The notes under the pieces were generated by a model. The model was not told where the DNA came from and ran no database searches. It was given only the letters and a program-made list of their open reading frames with translations. Shown piece after piece: positions 1-10,391 of a DNA stretch of 64,000 nt. Within the stretch, counting starts at the first letter, position 1; the number at the start of each line of letters is the position of its first letter. The position numbers were made by a program, and so were the translations under genes. This DNA comes from Anaeromyxobacteraceae bacterium (GTDB taxonomy: Bacteria; Myxococcota; Myxococcia; Myxococcales; Anaeromyxobacteraceae): NCBI GenBank assembly GCA_047602405.1, contig JASGHJ010000001.1, positions 1,888,001 through 1,952,000 of the forward strand, in the 5' to 3' direction.

Positions 1-80
1 CGACCGCCGTCCGTCCCCGGTGCGCGCCTCACCACGCGCCCGGGCGGCTCGCCCGGCACACACGAAAGGACTCCATCCCC

Positions 81-479
81 ATGAAGCTCGCCACCATGTT
101 CGCCGCCGCCTCCATGTTCGCGTTCACCGGGCCCGCGCTCGCCGACGACAAGCCGGCCGACGCCGCCGCCAAGGAGGTCAAGGAGGCGAAGGAGAAGGCC
201 GACGAGGGCGCGAAGAAGGCCCACGAGCACCACAAGGAGATGAAGGGCAAGGCCGAGCACCACGAGAAGGAGATGAAGGAGCACGCGGCCGAGGCGAAGG
301 AGAAGGGCGAGGGCCACGCCGAGCACGGCAAGGCGAAGGGCAAGGAGAAGGCCGAGAAGATGAAGAAGCACGGGAAGGCGATGTCGAAGGAGGCGAAGGA
401 GAGGGCCGAGAAGGCCCCCGCCGCCGCCCCGGCCCCCGCCGCGCCCGCGACGCCCGCCGCCCCCGCGCCGGCGAAGTAG
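81..479 (+). CDS. Secreted low-complexity Lys/Glu/His/Ala-rich protein
   Basis: AAGGA RBS, signal peptide (MKLATMFAAASMFAFTGPALA), high-GC3 codon usage, charged repeats. Confidence 0.8.
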   Translation: MKLATMFAAASMFAFTGPALADDKPADAAAKEVKEAKEKADEGAKKAHEHHKEMKGKAEHHEKEMKEHAAEAKEKGEGHAEHGKAKGKEKAEKMKKHGKAMSKEAKERAEKAPAAAPAPAAPATPAAPAPAK

Positions 480-547
480 CCCCCGGTCGAGGCCCGCCCC
501 GTCCCGTCCTCGGACGGGCCGCGACGGACGGAGCCTTGCCGTGCACC

Positions 548-590
548 GCGCCCGCCCGGCGAACGTCCGGGCGGGCGCATTCCTTTCCGC
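548..590 (+). terminator. Possible intrinsic terminator hairpin
   Basis: Perfect 12-bp stem gcgcccgcccgg/ccgggcgggcgc (548-578) followed by attcctttcc. Confidence 0.4.
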
Positions 591-617
591 GCGCCGCGTG
601 CACACCTTGCCGGTGCC

Positions 618-1304
618 GTGGATCTCCGCGCCGAGTTCGCCCTCCACCTCCTCGCCGCCCTCGGCGCCGGCGCCGGGATCGGGCTCGAGCGCAGCATCCA
701 CGGCCGCCCGGCGGGGTTCCGCACCCACGCGCTGGTCTGCATGGCGGGCTGCCTGCTCATGCTGCTCGCGGTGCACGAGGCCGACTGGTTCCCGCGCGCC
801 GGGGACTCGGTCCGCGTCGACCCGACCCGCATGGCGCAGGGGATCATGACCGGCATCGGCTTCCTCGGCGCCGGCGTCATCTTCAAGGAGGGGCTCTCGG
901 TCCGGGGGCTCACCACCGCCGCCTCCATCTGGATCACCTCGGCCATCGGCGTCGTCATGGGGGCCGGGCTCTTCGTCGAGGGCGCGCTGGCCGCGCTCGC
1001 GACGCTGGGCGTCCTCTCCGGCTTCCGCTGGATCGAGGAGGCGGTGCCCGCGCAGCAGTACGCCCACCACCGCGTGCGCTTCGACCGCGAGGACGTGCTG
1101 GCCGAGCCCGCGCTCCTCGAGCTCCTGCGCGGGCAGGGCTTCGACGTGTTCGGCGTGTCGTACCGGCTCACCGACGAGGGGAAGCGGTTCGAGTACCGGA
1201 TGACCATCCGCACGAGCGACGCGCGCAACTACGCGCGCCTCGCCCAGGCGCTCTCCGGCCTCACGCAGGTGCGGGAGTTCCACATCTCGCCCGCGGGCGC
1301 GTGA
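618..1304 (+). CDS. MgtC/SapB family membrane protein
   Basis: IGLER..HGRPAGFRTHALV, DPTRMAQGIMTGIGFLGAG, GLTTAASIW motifs. Confidence 0.9.
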   Translation: MDLRAEFALHLLAALGAGAGIGLERSIHGRPAGFRTHALVCMAGCLLMLLAVHEADWFPRAGDSVRVDPTRMAQGIMTGIGFLGAGVIFKEGLSVRGLTTAASIWITSAIGVVMGAGLFVEGALAALATLGVLSGFRWIEEAVPAQQYAHHRVRFDREDVLAEPALLELLRGQGFDVFGVSYRLTDEGKRFEYRMTIRTSDARNYARLAQALSGLTQVREFHISPAGA

Positions 1305-1345
1305 CCGCGGCGCGAGCGGGGCGGTTGCGCTAAGGTTCCCGCTCC

Positions 1346-2368
1346 ATGACGCCTCGCTTCCGTCCCCGCCGCCCGCTCGGCCGCACCGGCTTCGTCGCCA
1401 CCGTCATCGGCCAGGGAGACCTCGCCGACCGCGCCGTGCCGCGCGAGCGCTGCGTCGCGACCCTGCGCCGCGCGCTCGACGCCGGCGTGAACGTGCTCGA
1501 CACCGCCCCGATGTACGAGGACGGGTACTCGGAGGAGCTCGTGGGGGAGGCGGTGCGGGGCCTCGTCGGCGCGGGCGGCCGCCGCGAGGACGTGTTCGTG
1601 GTGGACAAGCTCGACGTGCTCGACGCGCCGGTCGCGCCGCAGCTCGACGCGAGCCTCGCGCGGCTCGGGCTGCCCGGCGTCGACCTCGCCGCCTTCCACG
1701 CCGTGAAGAAGCTCGCGCAGTGGGAGGCGCTCGCGGCGAAGGGCGGCGGGCTCGACCAGCTCGAGGCGGAGGTGCGGCGCGGCCGGGTGCGCTTCCGCGG
1801 CATCTCGAGCCACGATCCGGACGTGCTCGCCGCCGCGCTAGACGACGGCCGCTGCGACGTCCTCATGTTCCCGGTCGGCCTGTACGTGGCGCGCCGGTAC
1901 GTGACCGAGATCCTCCCGCGCGCCCGCGCCGCCGGCGTCGGCACGATCTGCTTCAAGACCTTCGGCGCGGGGAAGCTCCTCGGCGACACCGAGGGCTACG
2001 GGCGGCCGCTCGCGAGCCGCCCGCGCGGGAAGGTGAGCTCAGGCGGGGGTGGGGCCCCGACGAGCTCTGCTCGGCGGGGCGGGGGTTCTACCCCCGGAGA
2101 TGCAGCCGGGGAGGACGCGGCGAGCCCGACGCTCCCCCGCCTCGACGTCGCCACGTGCGTCCGCTACACGCTCACCGTCGATCCGGACGTGGCGCTGCTG
2201 GGCCTCTCGTTCGCGAACGAGCAGGACGCGGCGTGGGCGGCCGTCGAGGCGTTCACGCCCATGGGCGAGGACGAGCAGCGGGCCGCCCGCCTCGCCGCCT
2301 GGGAGGCCGCGAAGGACAAGGGGGAGATCTGGTGGAACCCGCCTCCGCAGATCCCGGGCCGTACCTAG
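1346..2368 (+). CDS. Aldo/keto reductase family protein with an in-frame palindromic insertion
   Basis: RRPLGRTG, GVNVLDTAPMY.DGYSEELVG, RFRGISSH motifs. Confidence 0.85.
   Translation: MTPRFRPRRPLGRTGFVATVIGQGDLADRAVPRERCVATLRRALDAGVNVLDTAPMYEDGYSEELVGEAVRGLVGAGGRREDVFVVDKLDVLDAPVAPQLDASLARLGLPGVDLAAFHAVKKLAQWEALAAKGGGLDQLEAEVRRGRVRFRGISSHDPDVLAAALDDGRCDVLMFPVGLYVARRYVTEILPRARAAGVGTICFKTFGAGKLLGDTEGYGRPLASRPRGKVSSGGGGAPTSSARRGGGSTPGDAAGEDAASPTLPRLDVATCVRYTLTVDPDVALLGLSFANEQDAAWAAVEAFTPMGEDEQRAARLAAWEAAKDKGEIWWNPPPQIPGRT
2045..2096. repeat. Double-hairpin palindromic element (family B), in-frame within the AKR gene
   Basis: ggggccccg-acgagctctgctcgg-cggggc-gggggttctaccccc; same architecture as the intergenic element at 50715-50769. 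Confidence 0.6.
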
Positions 2369-2404
2369 ATTCGCCCCACGCGAACTTTCCGCGGGAGGCG
2401 AGCC

Positions 2405-2830
2405 ATGACGGTCGGCGAGGCGATGACGAGGAACCCGGTGTCGTGCCCGGTGGAGGCCAAGCTGGGTGACGTCGCGAAGCAGATGGTGGAGCACGACTGC
2501 GGGGCGATCCCGATCGTCGAGGGCGGCCGCGCGATCGGTATCGTGACCGACCGCGACATCGTCGTCCGGGCGGTGGCGCAGGGGCGCAACCCGCTCGAGT
2601 GCACGGCGAGGGACGCGATGACCGAGGGCGTCCTCACGGTGCGCGAGGAGCAGGACCTCGAGGAGGCCGCCGAGCAGATGCAGGCGCAGCAGGTCCGGCG
2701 CGCGGTGGTGGTCGACGCGCAGGGGAAGATCTGCGGCATGCTCGCGCAGGCCGACATCGCCGAGGAGGACGAGGACCTCGCGGGCGAGATGGTCCAGGGC
2801 GTGTCGCAGGGGCCCGGGCTCCAGCACTGA
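2405..2830 (+). CDS. CBS domain pair protein
   Basis: GGAGG RBS; MTVGEAMT, GIVTDRDIVVR, GMLAQADI. Confidence 0.9.
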   Translation: MTVGEAMTRNPVSCPVEAKLGDVAKQMVEHDCGAIPIVEGGRAIGIVTDRDIVVRAVAQGRNPLECTARDAMTEGVLTVREEQDLEEAAEQMQAQQVRRAVVVDAQGKICGMLAQADIAEEDEDLAGEMVQGVSQGPGLQH

Positions 2831-2841
2831 CTTCGTCGAGC

Positions 2842-2880
2842 GCTCCGTTCGTCCTGAGCATGTCGAAGGACGGACGGAGC
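2842..2880 (-). repeat. Short REP-like palindrome (family A short form)
   Basis: Minus strand reads ccttcgacatgctcaggacgaacgg inside an outer stem; related to 43632-43701 and to the ends of the array unit. Confidence 0.65.
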
Positions 2881-2934
2881 ACCCGAAAGCGAACGCGGCG
2901 TCCGGGGGCCCGCCCGGTTATCCTGGCGGGCACC

Positions 2935-3916
2935 ATGAACGAAGCCGAACGCAGCGCCACGCTCGCCATCTGCCTGCTCGCGGCCCGGGCCGACGGCAAG
3001 ACCGACGACCGGGAGCGCGCGCAGCTCGCCGCGATCTCGGAGACGGTCGCCGCCGGGGCCGACCTCGCCCGGGCGCACGCGCTCGCGCGCGCGTACAACG
3101 AGGTCCTGCTCGGGAAGGTCACGCTCGAGAAGGCCGCCGCCGCGCTCACGACGCCGGAGGTGAAGCAGCTCGCCTTCGAGCTCGCGGTGGTGATCTGCGA
3201 CGCAGACGGCGTGCGCGTCCCGGAGGAACGGCAGTTCCTCGAGCGGCTCCGCGGCGCGCTCGGGCTCGAGCTCGCCGCGACCGAGCGGTTCGCGCAGTCC
3301 GCGGACGCGCTCGCCACGGTGCCGGCGGTCCCGCTGCAGGCCGGGCCGGCCACGGCGGTCGCCCCCGCCTCGCCGGCGGTGGACCCGGCCGCGCTCGACG
3401 AGAAGATCCGCAACTACGCCGTGCTGAACGGTGCGCTCGAGCTGCTCCCCGACTCGCTCGCCACCATGGCGATCGTGCCGCTGCAGCTCAAGATGGTCTA
3501 CGAGCTCGGCAAGGCGCACGGCTACGAGCTCGACCAGGGCCACATCCGCGACTTCATCGCCACCGCGGGCGTCGGCCTCGGCGCGCAGTACGTCGAGCAG
3601 ATCGGCCGGAAGCTCGTCGGCGGGCTCCTCGGGAAGCTCGCGGGCGACCTCGTGGGCGGGCTCGCCGGGCAGGCGCTCGAGTCGGGCGTCTCGTTCGCGA
3701 CGACCTACGCGCTCGGCCAGCTCGCGCGCCGGTACTACGCCGCCGGGCGCAACATGACCCCCGAGCTCCTCCGCGAGACGTACCAGGGGCTGCTCGCCGA
3801 GGCGCAGGCGCTCCGGGGGAAGCTCGCCGGCCAGATCGAGGACCGCGCCCGCGGCATCGATCCCCTCCCGCATCGGCGAGCTCGTCCGCGCAGCTGGGCA
3901 GTCGCGGCCCGCGTAG
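2935..3916 (+). CDS. TerB-like N-terminal domain plus DUF697/YcjF-like C-terminal domain; +1 frameshift near 3862
   Basis: LAICLLAARADG..DDRERAQL and VICDADG...EERQFL; removing one C at 3862-3865 gives IDPSRIGELVRAAGQSRPA then TAG at 3914-3916. Confidence 0.7.
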
Positions 3917-3936
3917 CCCATGCGCGAGGAGGGCGC

Positions 3937-4530
3937 GTGCTGCTCTTCCAGAAGCGCTTCCACGCCGGGCTCGTCGACGGCTCGGTCGAGCTGACCTTCC
4001 GGCGCTGGGACCGCCCGCACGTGAAGCCGGGGGGGCGCTACCGCGTGCACCCGATCGGCGTCGTGGAGGTGGACGCGCTCGAGGAGGTGCCCTTCGGCGC
4101 GGTCGGCGAGGCCGACGCGCGGCGCGCGGGCTTCACGGGGCTCGCCGAGCTCCGCGCGTTCCTCGCCGAGCTCGGCCCGCTGCGCGCCACGACCCGCGTC
4201 TGGAAGGTCGCCCTCCACCACGCCGGCCAGGACGACCGGGTGCCGCTCGCGCTCGAGGCCGAGCTCACCGACGCGGACGTCGACGCGATCGCTGCCCGGC
4301 TCGCGAAGCTCGACGGCCGGGGCGCCTGGACCCGCGAGACCCTCGCCCTGATCCGCAAGCACCCGCAGACCGCCGCCTCGCGCCTCGCCGCGAAGCTCGG
4401 CAGGGAGACGCTCCCGTTCAAGGTGGACGTCCGCAAGCTCAAGCGGCTCGGCCTCACCATGAGCTTCGAGGTCGGCTACGAGCTCTCGCCTCGCGGGAAG
4501 GCGTTCCTCGCGCGGCGGAAGCGGTGGTGA
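3937..4530 (+). CDS. ASCH/PUA-like domain plus C-terminal winged-helix protein
   Basis: GAGGAGG RBS and GTG start; GLVDGSVELTFRRW, ADARRAGF, FKVDVRKLKRLGLTMSFEVGYELSPRG. Confidence 0.75.
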   Translation: MLLFQKRFHAGLVDGSVELTFRRWDRPHVKPGGRYRVHPIGVVEVDALEEVPFGAVGEADARRAGFTGLAELRAFLAELGPLRATTRVWKVALHHAGQDDRVPLALEAELTDADVDAIAARLAKLDGRGAWTRETLALIRKHPQTAASRLAAKLGRETLPFKVDVRKLKRLGLTMSFEVGYELSPRGKAFLARRKRW

Positions 4531-4778
4531 GCGCCCCTCGTCTCCGGGCCGCTGCGCGGCCCTACGCTCGGGGCGAACGGTCGAGAGGAACGCGGAACAC
4601 CGGCGGGCGGGACACGGGGCACACGGTCGGCAGGAGCACGGGGCACACGGGTGGCAGGAACACGGGGCACACGGGTGGGCAGGAACACGGGGCACACGGG
4701 GGGGCAGGAGCGGACTCGGTCTTTCCCCCGTTCGTCCCGAGCGTAGCGGCCACGCAGTGGCCGCGGAGACGAGGGACG
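4531..4778. repeat. Inverted pair of family A palindromic units enclosing ~24-bp tandem repeats
   Basis: Direct unit ~4533-4580, inverted unit ~4728-4778; about four copies of gaacacggggcacacgggtggcag in between. Confidence 0.85.
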
Positions 4779-4787
4779 ACCCCTGGA

Positions 4788-5096
4788 TCACCGCTGGGTT
4801 CTCCGCTCCCACGCGTTTTTCCCGCGCGCGGCCCGCTTCAGCTCCGCCCAGTCGCCGCGGATGAGCGCCTCCTTCTTCCGGCGACTCCACGGCTTCACCC
4901 GCTGCTCGGTCTCCTTGGCCTCATCGCGGGTGGGGCAGTCGCACGCCCAGACGAGCTCGACCGGGCGACGGCGAGAGGTGAAGCCCGGGAAGATGCCCTC
5001 CTGGTGTTCCCAGACGCGCTTCTCGAGCTCGTCGGTGTGGCCCACGTAGAACGACCCATCGGCGCAGCGGAGCATGTACGCGTAGAAGGCAGGCAT
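4788..5096 (-). CDS. Small stand-alone GIY-YIG nuclease (UPF0213/YhbQ-like)
   Basis: FYAYMLRCADGSFYVGHT..LEKRVWEH..G...FTSRRRPVELV....TRDEAKETEQRVKPWSRRKKEALI. Confidence 0.9.
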   Translation of the reverse strand: MPAFYAYMLRCADGSFYVGHTDELEKRVWEHQEGIFPGFTSRRRPVELVWACDCPTRDEAKETEQRVKPWSRRKKEALIRGDWAELKRAARGKNAWERRTQR

Positions 5097-5122
5097 GGTG
5101 CCCGAGCGCTGCAAGAGTGGAT

Positions 5123-5590
5123 CCGGGGCGCCCCTCGTCTCCGCGGCCGCGGTGCGGCCGCTACGCTCGGGGCGAGCGGGAGCTGTCGAGAAGGGCGAGG
5201 ATCACCGGGGCGCCCCTCGTCTCCGCGGCCGCGGTGCGGCCGCTACGCTCGGGGCGAGCGGGAGCGGTTGAGAAGGGCCAGGACCACCGGGACGCCCCTC
5301 GTCTCCGCGGCCGCGGTGCGGCCGCTACGCTCGGGGCGAGCGGGGAGCTGTCGAGAAGCGCCAGGATCACCGGAGCGCCCCTCGTCTCCGCGGCCTCGGT
5401 GCGGCCGCTACGCTCGGGGCGAGCGGGAGCTGTCGAGAAGGGCCAGGATCAACGGGGCGCCCCTCGTCTCCGCGGCCGCGGTGCGGCCGCTACGCTCGGG
5501 GCGAGCGGGGAGCTGTCGAGAAGGGCAGGATCACCGGAGCGCCCCTCGTCTCCGCGGCCGCGGTGCGGCCGCTACGCTCGGGGCTGACGG
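5123..5590. repeat. Tandem array of six palindromic units, period 82-83 bp
   Basis: Units start at about 5123, 5205, 5287, 5370, 5452, 5534; core cgcccctcgtctccgcggccgcggtgcggccgctacgctcggggcgagcggg. Confidence 0.95.
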
Positions 5591-5663
5591 TGGGGGAGAC
5601 CGGCTCTGTTGTGGACGTTGGTCCGTGCGGCAGACGCCTGGTCCGCGCGGCGGCCCTCCGATC

Positions 5664-6027
5664 TCAATATTGCGGCACCCGGCCCGCTCCCAGCTCGGAC
5701 AGCCAGGCGGCGAGGGCGCGGCGGTCGTCCTTCGTGCCGGGGAACGGCGGCATGGGGCGCTTGCCCTCCTTGCCGATGGTCTGGAGCTTCCCGACCACGC
5801 CGTAGGCGTGCAGCGGGTCCCAGCCGGCGACGCGCTTCTGGAGGGGGATGTCCGTGTGGCACGAGTGGCAGCGCTCCCGGTAGACCTTCCGGCCGGCGGC
5901 GACGAGCGCGGGCGTCACGACGATGGGCCTCGGGGGGCGGGTCGAGGAGCCCGGCCTGGTCGACTCCGACCGCCGCCACCACGACCGCCACCGCACCTGC
6001 GAGGACCCACCGCACCCAGGAGCTCAT
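5664..6027 (-). CDS. Small monoheme cytochrome c; +1 frameshift near 5935
   Basis: N-terminal TM/signal in one frame; [13 protein letters not shown] and MPPF (axial Met candidate) in the next; one extra base in the run at 5932-5937. Confidence 0.75.
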
Positions 6028-6085
6028 GCCCCTGTCTCTAGCGTTTCTCGCCCGGCCCGGGAAAGGCTATAAACGCCGCACCGAT

Positions 6086-7855
<1,770 letters not shown>

Positions 7856-7874
7856 GTCCCCCGGAGGAGCGCCC

Positions 7875-8954
7875 GTGCGCCTGAAGCTCGAGGTAGGTCC
7901 GGAGGGCGAGATCACCGTGCCGCCGCACGAGGCGGAGGCGCTCGGCCTCGCCGGCGGCGGGCCGGTGGAGCTCGTCTCGGCGCGCGGGGCCTGCACGCTC
8001 ATCGTGCCGGCCCGCGAGGACGCGCCCACGAACTTCTTCGCCGGCACGCTCTCCTCGCTCACCGTGGGCGAGGTCGTGCAGTCGATCTTCACCTCGCTCA
8101 AGTCCGGCGTGCTCCTGCTGGGGTTCCCGGGCGAGGGCGGCCGCCAGCGGCGGCGCAGCCTCTACTTCCGCGACGGGCAGATCGTCTACGCCTCGTCGAG
8201 CGACCCCCGGGACCGGCTCGGCCCCGTGCTCGTGCGGAAGGGGCTCATCACCGACGAGGCGCTGAAGCGGGCCTCCCAGCTGGTGAAGTCCGGCCGGCCG
8301 CTCGGGCAGGTGCTCGTGGACGAGGGCGTGCTCACGCCGGCGCGGCTCTACGAGGGCGTCTCGGCGCAGGTGAAGGAGCTCTTCCTCGCCTCGTTCGAGG
8401 AGGTGGACGGGAAGTTCGCCTTCCTCGAGGGCCAGACCGACGAGGCCTCGAGCGTGAAGCTCCCGGAGCGCATGCGCGACCTCCTGCTCGAGGGCATGCG
8501 CCGCCTCGAGGCGGCCGAGCAGCGCCGGCTCGCCGCCGCGCCACCGCCGGACGAGGAGGAGCTGGTGGTGGAGGTCGAGCCGCCCGCGCCGGTGCACCAC
8601 GGGCCGTTCGAGACCTACCGGCGGATCCTGAAGCACGTGCACGGCGCGCTCGCCTCGCACGCGCCGGACGCGGTCGCCCGCATCAACGGCTGGTTCGAGG
8701 GGCTCCCCGCGACGAAGCGGCCGCTCTTCCAGGGCGTCGTCATGAGCGCGGCGGGCGAGCTCGAGACCACGAAGGTCCTCGAGAACGCGAACGCGACCGG
8801 GACGCACCCGGGCGCCGCCGGACGCGCCCGCGCGCTCGAGGCGCTCGAGGAGCTGCTCTCCTTCGTGCTCTTCGAGGCCAAGAACCGCCTGCCGAAGGCC
8901 GAGGCCGAGCGCCTCGTCCGCGAGGTGGGCCGCATGCAGATGGGGAAGGCGTAG
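7875..8954 (+). CDS. DUF4388 domain protein
   Basis: [33 protein letters not shown]...[23 protein letters not shown]. Confidence 0.75.
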   Translation: MRLKLEVGPEGEITVPPHEAEALGLAGGGPVELVSARGACTLIVPAREDAPTNFFAGTLSSLTVGEVVQSIFTSLKSGVLLLGFPGEGGRQRRRSLYFRDGQIVYASSSDPRDRLGPVLVRKGLITDEALKRASQLVKSGRPLGQVLVDEGVLTPARLYEGVSAQVKELFLASFEEVDGKFAFLEGQTDEASSVKLPERMRDLLLEGMRRLEAAEQRRLAAAPPPDEEELVVEVEPPAPVHHGPFETYRRILKHVHGALASHAPDAVARINGWFEGLPATKRPLFQGVVMSAAGELETTKVLENANATGTHPGAAGRARALEALEELLSFVLFEAKNRLPKAEAERLVREVGRMQMGKA

Positions 8955-8979
8955 CGCGCCGAAGGCGCCGAGGGAGCAC

Positions 8980-9666
8980 ATGGAAGCCCGCGAGCGGATC
9001 TGCGCAGCGATCGACACGCCGTCGTGGGCCGAGGGCGAGGCGTTCGCGCGCGCCGTCGCGCCGCACGTCGGCATGCTCAAGGTGGGGCTCGAGCTCTTCA
9101 CGGCCGAGGGCCCCGCCGCGGTGAAGGCGGCCGCGGCGCTCGGGCGGCCGGTGTTCCTGGATCTCAAGCTCCACGACATCCCGAACACCGTCGAGGGCGC
9201 CGCGCGGTCCGCCGCGCGGAGCGGCGCCGCGCTCCTCACCGTGCACGCCGAGGGTGGCGCCGAGATGGTGCGGGCGGCCGTCCGCGGCGCGGGCCCGGGC
9301 GTGCGGATCCTCGCGGTGACGGTGCTCACGAGCCTCGACGGCGCCGCGCTCGAGTCGATCGGCCTCGCCGGCCCGCCGGAGGCGGCGGTGGTCCGCCTCG
9401 CGAGGCTCGCGGTCGGCGCGGGCGCGGGCGGGCTCGTCTGCTCCCCGCACGAGGTCGCGGCGGTGCGCGCCGCGGTCGGGCCCGGGCCGCTGCTCGTGGT
9501 GCCGGGGGTCCGCCCGCCGGGCGCCGACAGGGGCGATCAGGCCCGCGTCGCCACGCCGGCCGAGGCGGTCCGCGCGGGTGCGGACGTGCTCGTGATCGGC
9601 CGCCCGCTCCGCTCGGCGAAGGACCCGGCGCAGGCCGCGCGGGACCTCGCCGCCTCGCTGTCATGA
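8980..9666 (+). CDS. pyrF: Orotidine-5'-phosphate decarboxylase
   Basis: [41 protein letters not shown]. Confidence 0.95.
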   Translation: MEARERICAAIDTPSWAEGEAFARAVAPHVGMLKVGLELFTAEGPAAVKAAAALGRPVFLDLKLHDIPNTVEGAARSAARSGAALLTVHAEGGAEMVRAAVRGAGPGVRILAVTVLTSLDGAALESIGLAGPPEAAVVRLARLAVGAGAGGLVCSPHEVAAVRAAVGPGPLLVVPGVRPPGADRGDQARVATPAEAVRAGADVLVIGRPLRSAKDPAQAARDLAASLS

Positions 9667-10298
9667 GGCGCCTCGCGCTGCTCGCCGCCGCGCTCGCGGC
9701 TGGCTGCGTCACCTCACCGCCGCCCCAGCCCGCGCCGCGGCCGGTCCGGAAGGCCTCGACCACCCCGGCCCCGGCCAGGAAGCCCGCCCCGGCGCCCGCG
9801 CCCGCGCCGTCCGGCCCCGGGCCGGTCACCGCGACGAACTGGCGGAGCCACCCGAGCGTCGAGGCCGTGAGCCGCCTCGTGGCCGACGGCGACGCCGCGC
9901 TCGCCGCCCACCGCTGGACGCGGACCCAGAGCCAGATCTGCGCGCCGGAGAAGAGCCCGCGCGGCTACGGCCTCGAGCGCACCGTGGTCCTCGACGAGCG
10001 CGGCAAGATCCGCCGGTACGTCGTCGCCGAGGGCGACGACCACGCCACCTTCAAGGTCGAGCACCACTACGACGAGGCGGGCCGGCTGCGGTACGCGGTC
10101 GGCACCGCGGGCGCCGACACCGGCGCCTCCGAGCGCGCGACGCTGTTCGTGGGCGAGGACGGCGCGACGCTCTGGGTGGATCGCAGCCACAGCGGCCCGC
10201 CGTACGCGTTCCCGGTGGCGTGGCCCGAGGGCTCCCTCGTACGCGATCCGGCGAAGGACTTCGTCGCGCCCGGGCCGAAGGGGTGCAGGGTGAGGTAA
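9663..10298 (+). CDS. Hypothetical lipoprotein
   Basis: ATGA overlap with pyrF; lipobox LAAGC; Pro-rich linker. Confidence 0.7.
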   Translation: MRRLALLAAALAAGCVTSPPPQPAPRPVRKASTTPAPARKPAPAPAPAPSGPGPVTATNWRSHPSVEAVSRLVADGDAALAAHRWTRTQSQICAPEKSPRGYGLERTVVLDERGKIRRYVVAEGDDHATFKVEHHYDEAGRLRYAVGTAGADTGASERATLFVGEDGATLWVDRSHSGPPYAFPVAWPEGSLVRDPAKDFVAPGPKGCRVR

Positions 10299-10391
10299 GC
10301 GTTTGCGCGCCCCCTCGCGGGCACTCGCCGGCAGGCGCGAACGTGCATACCTGGGACCCCGCCGAGCCACCGGCCGGCGGGGGGACTCGAC

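Noticed and set aside
2599..4530. 643-aa TerB-DUF697-ASCH fusion ORF
   Set aside because: Explained by one extra C at ~3862; the second gene has its own RBS and GTG at 3937.
5123..5590. CRISPR array
   Set aside because: The ~30-bp inter-palindrome segments are near-identical rather than unique spacers, the period is 82 bp, and no cas genes are present.
4524..6041. Repeat-encoded ORFs across the array (505, 156, 69 aa)
   Set aside because: Translations of a stop-poor GC-rich repeat whose period is not a multiple of three; no RBS or codon bias.
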